Shown: positions 37,604-46,461 of the stretch, piece by piece
Layout: every line of letters begins with the position of its first letter
Position numbering within the stretch: position 1 is the first letter of the stretch
Origin: Myxococcota bacterium
GTDB taxonomy: Bacteria; Myxococcota_A; UBA9160; JAFDDA01
Assembly: GCA_965228475.1 (NCBI GenBank)
Contig: OZ245817.1
Location: forward strand, 384,001 to 448,000
DNA: 64,000 nucleotides
Reading direction: 5' to 3'
Position numbers and translations under genes: made by a program
The notes under the pieces: model-generated
Seen by the model: only the letters and a program-made list of their open reading frames with translations
Told to the model about the DNA's origin: nothing
Databases searched by the model: none

Positions 37604-38218
37604 ATGGCGGCGAGCTCCCCCACCCAGCGGCAGATCCAGCGCGAGGCGACGCGCGAGCGGATCCTCGAGGCGGCGGTCGAAGCCTTTGCGGAGCAGGGCT
37701 TCCTCGGCGCGAGCACGCGCGAGATCGCGCGCCGGGCCGGCACGAACCAGGGGCTCATCACCTACCACTTCAAGAGCAAGGAAGAGCTGTGGCGCGCCGC
37801 CGCGGACAGCATCTTCGCGCGGCTCGGCGGGCAGCTGGCCGAGCGGCTCGCGGCGCCGGAGTTCGCGGATCCGCGCGAGCGCTCGCGCGAAGCGATCCGC
37901 GAGTACGTGCGCTTCGCCGCGGCCTACCCCGAACTCTTCCGCATCATGGTCGACGAGGGCCGCGTCGCCGGGGAGCGCCTCGAGTGGCTCGTCGACACCC
38001 ACCTGCGGCCGCGCTTCGAGGAGATCTCGAAGGGGCTTCTCGAGGTGGTCGGCATCGACGAGGCGCTCGTCCCCCACGCCTTCTACGTGCTCGCCGGCGC
38101 CTCTTCCCTGATCTTCGCCGTGGCACCCGAGTGCCGGCGGCTCACGGGCCTCGACCCCCTGCGCGCCGAGGCCATCGAAACGCACGCGGACTACGTGGCG
38201 CAGCTGCTGGTCCCCTGA
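37604..38218 (+). CDS. TetR/AcrR family regulator
   Basis: TRERILEAAVEAFAEQGFLGASTREIARRAGTNQGLITYHFKSKEELW. Confidence 0.95.
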   Translation: MAASSPTQRQIQREATRERILEAAVEAFAEQGFLGASTREIARRAGTNQGLITYHFKSKEELWRAAADSIFARLGGQLAERLAAPEFADPRERSREAIREYVRFAAAYPELFRIMVDEGRVAGERLEWLVDTHLRPRFEEISKGLLEVVGIDEALVPHAFYVLAGASSLIFAVAPECRRLTGLDPLRAEAIETHADYVAQLLVP

Positions 38219-38257
38219 GAACAGCGCGGGCGCCCGAGCTCGCACCGGAGGAACGGA

Positions 38258-39298
38258 ATGCGGCGGACTCTCGCCTGGGCAGTGCTGGTCTTCGCGATCG
38301 TCGCCCTCGTCGGTGGCTTCCTCGCCTTTCGCGGCGTCGGCGGGATGGACGGTCTCCAGCGCGCGGCCGCCCGGCGCGCCCTCGAACCGCGGCACGATGC
38401 GCTCTTCGAAGACGGGCGCCTCCACGTCTTCACCCTCGGCACCGGCTCTCCGCAGCTCGGGGGCGGCCGCATGCCCGTCGCGAACGCGGTGATCGCGGGC
38501 GGGGAGTTCCTGCTCATCGACGTCGGCGAGGGCGCGAGCCGTACGATGGGCGAGCTGGGCCTGCCGCTCGAGCGGATCACCGGCGCCTTCATCACCCACT
38601 GGCACTCGGACCACTTCGCCGGGCTCGGCCAGGTCTTGAACCAATCCTGGAACGCGGACCGCCCGCACGAGGTCGAGGTCCACGGCCCGCCTGGCATCGA
38701 GCGTGTCATGGACGGCCTCGAGCGGATGTACCGCGACGACATCGGCTACCGCTCGGCCGGGAAGGTCGAGGACAACGACCCGGCGCTGGCGCTCGGAAGA
38801 CCCATCGCCGTCTCGATTCCGACCGGCGAGGCTTCGGCGATCGTCTTCGATCGCGGCGGCGTCCGGGTCCGCGCCTTCCACGTCGACCATGGGCACATCG
38901 AGCCGGCGTACGGCTACCGCGTCGAGTACAACGGCCGCTCGGCCGTCTTCAGCGGCGACACCGTCGCGTCCCCGCTCGTGGCGGAAGCGGCGCGCGGCGC
39001 CGACCTGTTGGTGCACGAAGCGGTGAACACGCGCCTCATGCGCAACGCGATCGCCGTGCTCCGCGAGATGGGCAACGAGGTGAACGCCCGCCGGGCGGAG
39101 GGCGTCATCGGCTACCACGCCGATACGATCGGGGTCGCCAAGGTGGCCGCGGAGGCGGGCGTCGGCCGCCTGGTCCTGGCCCATCTGATCCCCGCGATCC
39201 CGAACCCCCTGTTCCCGCGGCTCTTCGTGGCGGGAATGGCCGAGCACTACGACGGCCCGATCGTCGTGGCGGCCGACGGTCAGCACTTCGCCCTCTGA
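38258..39298 (+). CDS. MBL-fold hydrolase, RNase Z/AtsA arylsulfatase-like, membrane anchored
   Basis: LGTGSP, IDVGEG, THWHSDH, VDH, FSGDT, LLVHEA, YHA, LVLAHLIP. Confidence 0.9.
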   Translation: MRRTLAWAVLVFAIVALVGGFLAFRGVGGMDGLQRAAARRALEPRHDALFEDGRLHVFTLGTGSPQLGGGRMPVANAVIAGGEFLLIDVGEGASRTMGELGLPLERITGAFITHWHSDHFAGLGQVLNQSWNADRPHEVEVHGPPGIERVMDGLERMYRDDIGYRSAGKVEDNDPALALGRPIAVSIPTGEASAIVFDRGGVRVRAFHVDHGHIEPAYGYRVEYNGRSAVFSGDTVASPLVAEAARGADLLVHEAVNTRLMRNAIAVLREMGNEVNARRAEGVIGYHADTIGVAKVAAEAGVGRLVLAHLIPAIPNPLFPRLFVAGMAEHYDGPIVVAADGQHFAL

Positions 39299-39311
39299 TT
39301 CCAGGCCTGAT

Positions 39312-39367
39312 TTATTCACTTGACAAGCGAGATCCCTGCTGGCATCATTCGCTTGTCAATCGAACAG
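39312..39367 (+). promoter_or_regulatory. Sigma-70 promoter (TTGACA 39320-39325, 17 bp, TGgCATCAT) flanked by two TetR operator copies (39312-39328 inverted, 39351-39367)
   Basis: Perfect -35, 17-bp spacer and extended -10; operator copies match 37578-37594. Confidence 0.8.
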
Positions 39368-39412
39368 TCAGAGATCGAACCCCAGGGAAAACCAAGAGAA
39401 TCGGAGGAGAGG

Positions 39413-41149
39413 ATGGAGACGCTTCGGACGGACGTACTGGTGGTCGGCGCGGGCCCCGCCGGCCTCACGGCGGCGAGCCTGCTCGCGCGGCTCGGGGTCG
39501 ACGCCCTGACGCTCACGAAGTTCGGCACGGCGAACGCGCCCCGGGCCCACATCACGAACCAGCGGGCGGTCGAGATCCTGCGGGACCTCGGGATCGAGGA
39601 GGCCGCCAAGGCCCGGGCACTCCCCCACGAGCTCATGGCGAAGCAGGTCTTCGCGACGTCCTTCGCCGGGCGAGAGCTCTCGCGGATGATGACCTGGGGC
39701 ACCGGCGACGATCGCATCGGCGAGTACCGCGCCGCGAGCCCCTGCGAGATGTGCAACGCACCGCAGCACGTGCTCGAGCCGATCCTGCTCGACCGCGCCC
39801 GGGAGCTCGGCGCGGACGTCCGCCAGCACCACGAAGTGGTCTCGCTCGAGGAGACGGAAGACCACGTCACCGCCCGCGTGCGTCCGGGCGACGGGGGCGC
39901 GGAGTTCGAGGTCGAAGCCCGCTACGTGCTCGGCTGCGACGGCGCCCGCACGGTGGTCGGCCGGGAAGGCGGCTTCGAGTTCGAAGGCGAGGCGGGCCTC
40001 GGCGATGCCGTGACGGTCTGGATCGAAGCCGATCTCTCCCGCTACACGAAGCACCGCTCGGGGGCGCTGTTCGTCACCGTGACGCCCGGGAGCCGGGACA
40101 TGGTGAGCATCTGGACCTGCGTCGAGCCGTGGAACGAATGGAGCACGATCTTCATCCGCACCGACATGTCCCCGAACGATCTCGACGAGTCGGCCGTCAC
40201 CGAGAGCGTTCGCGCCGCCATTGGCGACGACAGCGTCCCGTTCAAGATCAAGAAGATCAGCCCCTGGCAGTTCAACCACGTCGTCGCCTCGAACTACCGG
40301 CGCGGCCGGCTCTTCATCGCCGGGGACGCCGCGCACCGACATCCGCCCGCGAACGGCCTCGGCAGCAACACGTCGATGCAGGACAGCTACAACCTGGCGT
40401 GGAAGCTCGCGCTCGTCCTGCGGGGTCAGGCCGACGAGGGGCTGCTCGACACCTACAGTTCCGAGCGCCAGCCGGTGGGCCGCCAGATCATCGACCGCGC
40501 CATGCAGAGCGTGCACGAGATGCCCGGCTGGCTCGTGGCGCTCGGGATCCGCCCGGACATGACTCCCGAGGAGGCCGAAGCGCACCTCGACGAGGTGTAC
40601 GGCCCGGAGGGCGAGGAGCAGCGCGCCGCGATGCTGGAGGCGCTCGACGTGATGAATGCCCAGTTCAACGCCCACGGGGTCGAGCTCGGGCAGCGCTACC
40701 GCTCGCGCGCCGTGGCGGTCGAAGCGTCGCCGCCGCCCGAGCCCACGCGCGACCCCGTGCTCCACCACGAGCCGTCCACGTACCCGGGAAGCCCGATCCC
40801 CCACGCCTGGCTCGCGCGCGGCGATCAGGACGTCTCCACTCTCGACCTCTGCGCCTACGACCGCTTCACCCTGGTCACCGGTGCGGGAGGCCAGGACTGG
40901 CTCGATGCCGCGGCGAAGGTCTCCGCCGAGCTCGGCGTCGAGATCGCCGGCGTGCAGGTCTCGCTCGGCCTCGAGACGAACGACGTCTACGGGGATTGGA
41001 CCCGCCGCCGCGAGGTGGGCGACCGGGGCTGTGTGCTCGTTCGGCCGGACCGGATCGTCGCCTGGCGCTCCCCGGGTGCCGCCCGGGACGCGAAAGAAAC
41101 CCTGCGAGACGTGATGTCTGGCATTCTGGGAACTGGAGGCTCGGTATGA
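39413..41149 (+). CDS. FAD-dependent monooxygenase, 2,4-dichlorophenol 6-monooxygenase (TfdB)-like
   Basis: VGAGPAG, PRAHITNQR, GCDGART, GDAAHRHPPANGLGSNTSMQDSYNLAWKL, FNAHGVELGQRY, LVRPD; GGAGGAG RBS. Confidence 0.9.
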   Translation: METLRTDVLVVGAGPAGLTAASLLARLGVDALTLTKFGTANAPRAHITNQRAVEILRDLGIEEAAKARALPHELMAKQVFATSFAGRELSRMMTWGTGDDRIGEYRAASPCEMCNAPQHVLEPILLDRARELGADVRQHHEVVSLEETEDHVTARVRPGDGGAEFEVEARYVLGCDGARTVVGREGGFEFEGEAGLGDAVTVWIEADLSRYTKHRSGALFVTVTPGSRDMVSIWTCVEPWNEWSTIFIRTDMSPNDLDESAVTESVRAAIGDDSVPFKIKKISPWQFNHVVASNYRRGRLFIAGDAAHRHPPANGLGSNTSMQDSYNLAWKLALVLRGQADEGLLDTYSSERQPVGRQIIDRAMQSVHEMPGWLVALGIRPDMTPEEAEAHLDEVYGPEGEEQRAAMLEALDVMNAQFNAHGVELGQRYRSRAVAVEASPPPEPTRDPVLHHEPSTYPGSPIPHAWLARGDQDVSTLDLCAYDRFTLVTGAGGQDWLDAAAKVSAELGVEIAGVQVSLGLETNDVYGDWTRRREVGDRGCVLVRPDRIVAWRSPGAARDAKETLRDVMSGILGTGGSV

Positions 41150-41703
41150 CGGCAACGAACCCGACGCCCCGGCTGACGCTGGGCCACAGCACCCTGGCCG
41201 CGCGGGATCTCGACACGCTCTCGGCCTTCTACCGCGACGTGCTCGGTTTCCACGTCACGAACCGCGGGACCGTGCCCGGCGGCGCCGACGTCGCCTTCCT
41301 GTGTCAGGATCCGAGCGCGCACCATCAGATCGCCATGGTCGGCGGCGGGGAGCCGCCGAACCCGGCCTTCGTCATGGTCGACCACCTCGCCTTCCGGACG
41401 GGCACCCTCGACGACCTCCGCGCGATCCGCGCGAAGCTCGAAGCCGCCGGCGTGGAGGGCGTGCTCCCGATCTGCCATGGCAACGCCTGGTCGCTCTACT
41501 TCAACGATTGCGAGGGCAACGGCCTCGAGTGCTTCGTCGACACCCCGTTCCACGTCGCCCAACCCTTCGCCACCGGCTACGACCTCGACCAGACCGACGA
41601 AGAGATCCTCGAAGCCACCCGCAAGCTCGTCGAGTCCGAGCCCGAGTTCCAGCCGTTCTCCGAGTGGCGCGAGGCGTTCGCGAAGCGGTTGGCGGAGGGC
41701 TGA
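41146..41703 (+). CDS. VOC (glyoxalase/extradiol dioxygenase-like) protein
   Basis: LGHSTL..RDL...FYRDVLGF, HHQIAM, DHLAF, HGNAWSLYFNDCEGNGLE; ATGA overlap. Confidence 0.88.
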   Translation: MTATNPTPRLTLGHSTLAARDLDTLSAFYRDVLGFHVTNRGTVPGGADVAFLCQDPSAHHQIAMVGGGEPPNPAFVMVDHLAFRTGTLDDLRAIRAKLEAAGVEGVLPICHGNAWSLYFNDCEGNGLECFVDTPFHVAQPFATGYDLDQTDEEILEATRKLVESEPEFQPFSEWREAFAKRLAEG

Positions 41704-41709
41704 CGGCGC

Positions 41710-43359
41710 ATGAAGTGGGCCGCCGGGACCCTCGCCGTGCTCGTCGTCCTCGGCGGGGTCGTGGCCGCGAACCTCGAGGAGATCGTGCTCGGGCTCGTCG
41801 GCTTCGCGATGGAGCGGCGGCTTCCGGTCGGGCCGAACCAGGACGTCGAGTGGGCCTCCGGGGCCGATCCGCTCGCACGCGGTCCGGGCGAGCGGCCGCC
41901 GAACGTCGTCCTGATCCTCGCCGACGATCTCGGTTGGAACGATCTCACGTTCGGGGGCGGCGGCGTCGCCGGGGGCACCGTCCCGACGCCGCACATCGAT
42001 TCGATCGCCGCCGAGGGCGTGAACTTCACCAACGGCTACGCGGCGAACGGGACCTGTGCACCCTCGCGCGCGGCACTGATGTCCGGCCGCTACGGAACGC
42101 GCTTCGGCTTCGAGTTCACGCCGACGCCGCCGGCGATGATGCAGCTCGTCTCCTTCCGGTCCCAGCCGCCCGGCCGCCTGCGTCCGATTCTCACGAACGA
42201 GGGCGTCGAAGGGATTCCCTACGAAGAGATGGGCATGCCCGCCTCCGAGATCACGATCGCGGAGCTCCTCGCCGCGCAGGGCTACCACACGGTGCACATC
42301 GGCAAGTGGCACCTCGGCCGCACCCAGGGCATGGCGCCGGAGGATCAGGGCTTCGCCGAGAGCCTGCTCATGGCGAGCGGCCTCTATCTCCCGGAGGACC
42401 ATCCCGATGTGGTCAACGCCAAGCAGGAGTTCGACCCGATCGACCGCTTCCTCTGGGCCGCGATGCGTTTCGCCGCGCAGTTCAACGGCGGGCCCGCCTT
42501 CGAGCCCGACGGCTATCTGACGGACTACTACACCCAGCAGGCGGTCGAGGTGATCGACGCCAACAAGGACCGGCCGTTCTTCTTGTACCTCGCCCACTGG
42601 GCGCCGCACACGCCGCTGCAGGCGACGCGCGAGGACTACGAGGCGCTCTCGCACATTCCACTCCACCGCGAGCGCGTCTACGCCGCGATGATCCGAAGCC
42701 TCGACCGCGGCGTCGGGCAGGTGCTCGAAGCGCTCGAGCGCAACGGGCTCGACGAGAACACGCTCGTGCTCTTCACCTCGGACAACGGCGGCGCGGGCTA
42801 CATCGGCCTGCCGGAGGTGAACCATCCCTTCCGCGGCTGGAAGATCACGCTCTTCGAAGGCGGCATCCACGTGCCGTTCTTCGCGAAGTGGCCCGCGCGG
42901 ATCGCGGCCGGGAGCGAGGTGAGCGCGCCCGTCCACCACTTCGACGTCTTCGCCACGGCCGCCGCCGCCGCGGGCGCGCCGCTGCCCACGGACCGCACGA
43001 TCGACGGCGTCGATCTCACGCCCTTCGCGGCTGGCGAGGCCAGCGGCGTTCCCCACGAGGCGCTCTTCTGGCGCAGCGGCGCATCGCAATCCGCGCTCGT
43101 CGGGGGATGGAAGCTCAACGTGAGCGACCCGCCCGGCCGGAGCTGGCTCTTCGATCTGCGAGCCGATCCGAACGAACGGCACGATCTCTCGGCCGAGCGC
43201 CCGGAGAAGCTGGCGGAGCTGCGGGCCGCCCTCGCCGCACACAACGCGGAGCAGGCCGAGCCCGCCTGGGCGAGCCGGATCTCCGCACCGGTGAACGTCG
43301 ACAAGGATCTCACCCAGCCCGACGCCCCGGACGACGAATACATCTACTGGTCGAACTGA
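41710..43359 (+). CDS. Sulfatase
   Basis: PNVVLILADDLGWND, TCAPSRAALMSGRY, GKWHLG, APHTPLQA, TSDNGG, FEGGIHVP. Confidence 0.95.
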   Translation: MKWAAGTLAVLVVLGGVVAANLEEIVLGLVGFAMERRLPVGPNQDVEWASGADPLARGPGERPPNVVLILADDLGWNDLTFGGGGVAGGTVPTPHIDSIAAEGVNFTNGYAANGTCAPSRAALMSGRYGTRFGFEFTPTPPAMMQLVSFRSQPPGRLRPILTNEGVEGIPYEEMGMPASEITIAELLAAQGYHTVHIGKWHLGRTQGMAPEDQGFAESLLMASGLYLPEDHPDVVNAKQEFDPIDRFLWAAMRFAAQFNGGPAFEPDGYLTDYYTQQAVEVIDANKDRPFFLYLAHWAPHTPLQATREDYEALSHIPLHRERVYAAMIRSLDRGVGQVLEALERNGLDENTLVLFTSDNGGAGYIGLPEVNHPFRGWKITLFEGGIHVPFFAKWPARIAAGSEVSAPVHHFDVFATAAAAAGAPLPTDRTIDGVDLTPFAAGEASGVPHEALFWRSGASQSALVGGWKLNVSDPPGRSWLFDLRADPNERHDLSAERPEKLAELRAALAAHNAEQAEPAWASRISAPVNVDKDLTQPDAPDDEYIYWSN

Positions 43360-43373
43360 TTCTCGCCTGCCGC

Positions 43374-46300
43374 TCAGGCGCGCCCGCCGCCGGGTGCGAT
43401 GCGGGCCAGGCTGCCGTGCTGCTCCTTCAGGCCTTGCACGCGCCCGAGCACGTGGGGCATGCCGACCTCGCTGGCGAGGCGGTGCGCTTCGGCGAGGTGC
43501 CCTGCGGCCTCGCGGCGTGACTCCGGATCGCCGAAGCGCAGCAGCAGCTCGCCGAGGCCGGCCTCGACGTGCGCGAGGCTCGGGCGTGCACCGAGCTGCT
43601 CTTCGCGCTCGCGTGCGAACTCGAAGTGCCGCAGCCCCGGCTCGAATCGCTCGAGCACGATGGCGAGCTCGCCCAGGTAGCGCGAAGCGCAGCTCACGTA
43701 CGAGGTCGCCTGCCCGACCACCACGCTCTGGCGGGCGTAGGGGATGAGCGCGCGGTAGAGCACGTCCGCGGCGTCGCGGTCGCGCAGGCCGACGGCGACG
43801 TCGGAGAGCACGACGAGGGAGATCAGCCAGTTGATGTCCCGGCGGACGGCGGCGAGGTCGTTGCGAAGGCTCGCCTCGAGCCGGGCCCGCGCGGCGTCGG
43901 GTTCGCCCTTCAAGACGTGGATGTGGGCGAGGCCGTGACGCCAGGGCGATTCCGGATGACGCAGGGAGGCTTCGCGCACGAGCTCCTCGATCTCCGTCAC
44001 ACGGCCCTGGTCGCGTCGGAGGCCCCAGAGCTGGCAGAGGTACCAGATGGGCGCGAGCACGCCGCTCGTCTCGAGGCCGAGCGCGTAGCCACGCTCGATG
44101 GCCCGGTCGGCGCGGTCGAGCTCGCCGCGCAGGTGGAGGACCATCGCCTCGTGCATGGCGGCCCACCACTGGTGCTGCGGCTGGCGCAGCAGGTCGGCCT
44201 CGTGCCGATAGGTCTCGATCTCGACGAAGAGCCGGCCTGCGTCGCCCGCTTCCGTGAGGTCGTCGATCAGGGAGCCGCGGGCCGCGAGGCGCTCGAGGGG
44301 GTCGCCGAGCCGGTCGGATTCGATGAGGAGCTCTTCCACCAGGACGAGCCGCTCGTCCAGGTGGTCGGCGTCGAACACGGAGAAGTGTCGCCTGCGCAGG
44401 GCGAAGACGAGATCGGCGCGGTCGCCTTGCTCGCGGGCGAGCCGCACGGCTTCGAGGCTCAGCTCCCGAGCGCGTGCGCGGGTGCTGGCGAAGTAGAGCG
44501 CCTCCGAGAGCCGCGCCAGGAGGCGGATGCGCAAGGACGGCGAGCGGGCGCCGAGCGCTTCCAGGGCTTCCTCGAGCATGCCGATGCGCTTCGGGTCCGC
44601 ATCGAGGGCCTCTCCCTCGGCGCAGTAGCCGAGCGCCGCGCGAGCGAGGCCCTCGGCGTCGCCCAGGCTGCGGGCGAGGTCACGCGCGCGGAGCAGGATG
44701 GGCTTCGCATCTCCGTAGTCGGCGTAGCCGTTCAGCGCCTCGCCGAGATCGAGTAGCAGGGCGAGGCGCTGCGGCGGTTCGAGGGAAGCGCGGGGGCTCA
44801 CTTCGAGAGCACGGCGGTAGTGGGCCACGGCGTCCTCGAAGGCGAGAGCGTCCGAGGCGCGGGCGCCGGCCTGGATCGCGTAGTGGACCGCCTTCACCGC
44901 GTCCTCGGCCGCGGGGGCCAGGGCGTAGTGGCCGGCCAGCTCGGCGAAGCGCGCTTCTTCGACGGGGTCGACCGTTTCGATGGCGCGCGCCGTGCGCGCG
45001 TGGAGCGCCATGCGCTCGGCGGGGTCGAGCTGCTCGTAGAGCACCTCGGGGATCAAGCCGTGGCAGAACTCCCAGGCCGGCGTGTGATCCGCGAGCTGCG
45101 CAATGACGCCTGCCGCGACGGCCGGTGCCAGCCGTTCGGGCAACGCCTCGGGCGGCAACGACGTCACGTGGGCGAGCACCGCGAGTTCGAACTGCAGCCC
45201 CGTGGCCGATGCGGCGGTGAGGAGGCGGAGCGTTTCTTCGGGCAACGCTTCGAGGTGAAGGCCGATGGCCTCCCGGGTGCTCGCCGGCAACGCACTCGCC
45301 GGGCCGAAGGCCGCGCCGCTCGCCACGAGCTGGGTCAGGAAGAACGGGTTGCCGCCGCTTCGGCGGTGCAGCGCGTCGCTGAGCTCGGGCCCGGCGTGGC
45401 GCCCCGTCCGGAGCTCGAGGTATCGGCCGACGTCGGAGGGAGCGAGCCCTTCGAGCGTCTGGATGCGGACGCTCGGGCAGCGGCCGAGCGCGCCCAGCAC
45501 GCGCGCGCGCTGCGGGTCGGCGCGCAGCTCGGCCTCGCGGCTCGTCGCGACGATCCAGACGCGCGCCTCCTCGATCTCGCGCGCGAGGAAGTCGAGCAGC
45601 AGGAGGGAAGGCAGGTCCGCGAGATGGAGATCGTCGAGCAGGATCGCGAGCGGCTGCCGGGCGGCTGCGGCGCGCAGGGCGTGGGCCAGGGCGTCGAAGA
45701 GGAGGAAGCGTTCGCCCTCCGGGCTGGCCGCGCTGGCCGGCGTCGCGCCGCTCGGCTCCGGGAGGAGCGAGGCGAGCTCGGGCATGGCATCGGCGACGAG
45801 GCTCGCGCGGTCGGCGGGTACCTCGAGCCGTTCGAGTGCGCCGAGGGCCCGCGTCCAGGGCCAGTAGGCCGGGGCCATGCCTTCCCCCGAGCAGCGCCCC
45901 GCGAGGGTGCGGGCGCCCCGTGCGGGGAGGCGCTTCAGCAGTTCCTGGGCGGTCCGCGTCTTCCCGATGCCGGCCTCGCCGGTGAGGATCAGGACCCGCC
46001 CGGTGCCGGCCTGGGCGGAGTCGGCGTCCGCCAGGGCAGCGCGCACCACGGCGTCGCGCCCCACGAACGGGTCCGCCACGGTCTCCCGCGGCTCCGCTTC
46101 GCCGAAGCGCGCTTCGGCGACGAATCGGTAGCCGCGCCCGCGCACCGTCTGCACCACGGCCTGGGCGGTGCCGTCGTCGCCCACCGCCTTGCGGACTTGT
46201 TTGACGGCCTGGGTCAGCGCGGACTCGCTCACCACCGAGCCCGACCACACCGCCTGGAAGAGCTCGCCCTTCTCGACCACGCGGTCCGCGTTCTCGATCA

Positions 46301-46412
46301 GAAAGCGCAGCAGGTCCATGGCGCGGCGCTGGAGCGCCACGGCCTCACCGCCCCGGCGAAGCTCCATGGCCTCGAGGTCGAACTCGACGTCGGCGAAGCG
46401 GACGACGCTCAC
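43374..46412 (-). CDS. OmpR/CadC-type wHTH - STAND AAA ATPase - TPR transcriptional regulator
   Basis: RFADVEFD..ELRRGG...VQTVRGRGYRF; FVGRD, GEAGIGKT, LDDLHLAD, SGGNPFFL; helical repeat C-terminus. Confidence 0.92.
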   Translation of the reverse strand: MSVVRFADVEFDLEAMELRRGGEAVALQRRAMDLLRFLIENADRVVEKGELFQAVWSGSVVSESALTQAVKQVRKAVGDDGTAQAVVQTVRGRGYRFVAEARFGEAEPRETVADPFVGRDAVVRAALADADSAQAGTGRVLILTGEAGIGKTRTAQELLKRLPARGARTLAGRCSGEGMAPAYWPWTRALGALERLEVPADRASLVADAMPELASLLPEPSGATPASAASPEGERFLLFDALAHALRAAAARQPLAILLDDLHLADLPSLLLLDFLAREIEEARVWIVATSREAELRADPQRARVLGALGRCPSVRIQTLEGLAPSDVGRYLELRTGRHAGPELSDALHRRSGGNPFFLTQLVASGAAFGPASALPASTREAIGLHLEALPEETLRLLTAASATGLQFELAVLAHVTSLPPEALPERLAPAVAAGVIAQLADHTPAWEFCHGLIPEVLYEQLDPAERMALHARTARAIETVDPVEEARFAELAGHYALAPAAEDAVKAVHYAIQAGARASDALAFEDAVAHYRRALEVSPRASLEPPQRLALLLDLGEALNGYADYGDAKPILLRARDLARSLGDAEGLARAALGYCAEGEALDADPKRIGMLEEALEALGARSPSLRIRLLARLSEALYFASTRARARELSLEAVRLAREQGDRADLVFALRRRHFSVFDADHLDERLVLVEELLIESDRLGDPLERLAARGSLIDDLTEAGDAGRLFVEIETYRHEADLLRQPQHQWWAAMHEAMVLHLRGELDRADRAIERGYALGLETSGVLAPIWYLCQLWGLRRDQGRVTEIEELVREASLRHPESPWRHGLAHIHVLKGEPDAARARLEASLRNDLAAVRRDINWLISLVVLSDVAVGLRDRDAADVLYRALIPYARQSVVVGQATSYVSCASRYLGELAIVLERFEPGLRHFEFAREREEQLGARPSLAHVEAGLGELLLRFGDPESRREAAGHLAEAHRLASEVGMPHVLGRVQGLKEQHGSLARIAPGGGRA

Positions 46413-46461
46413 GTGGCGGGGCTCCCATCGGAACAGGGTACGACGGATCGGTGCCGGTGCG

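Noticed and set aside
37789..41703. Long Arg/Pro-rich ORFs (also 2743..5376, 8367..11753, 40987..44169 and others)
   Set aside because: Stop-poor alternative frames expected at high GC; only the terminal VOC part (41146-41703) is real
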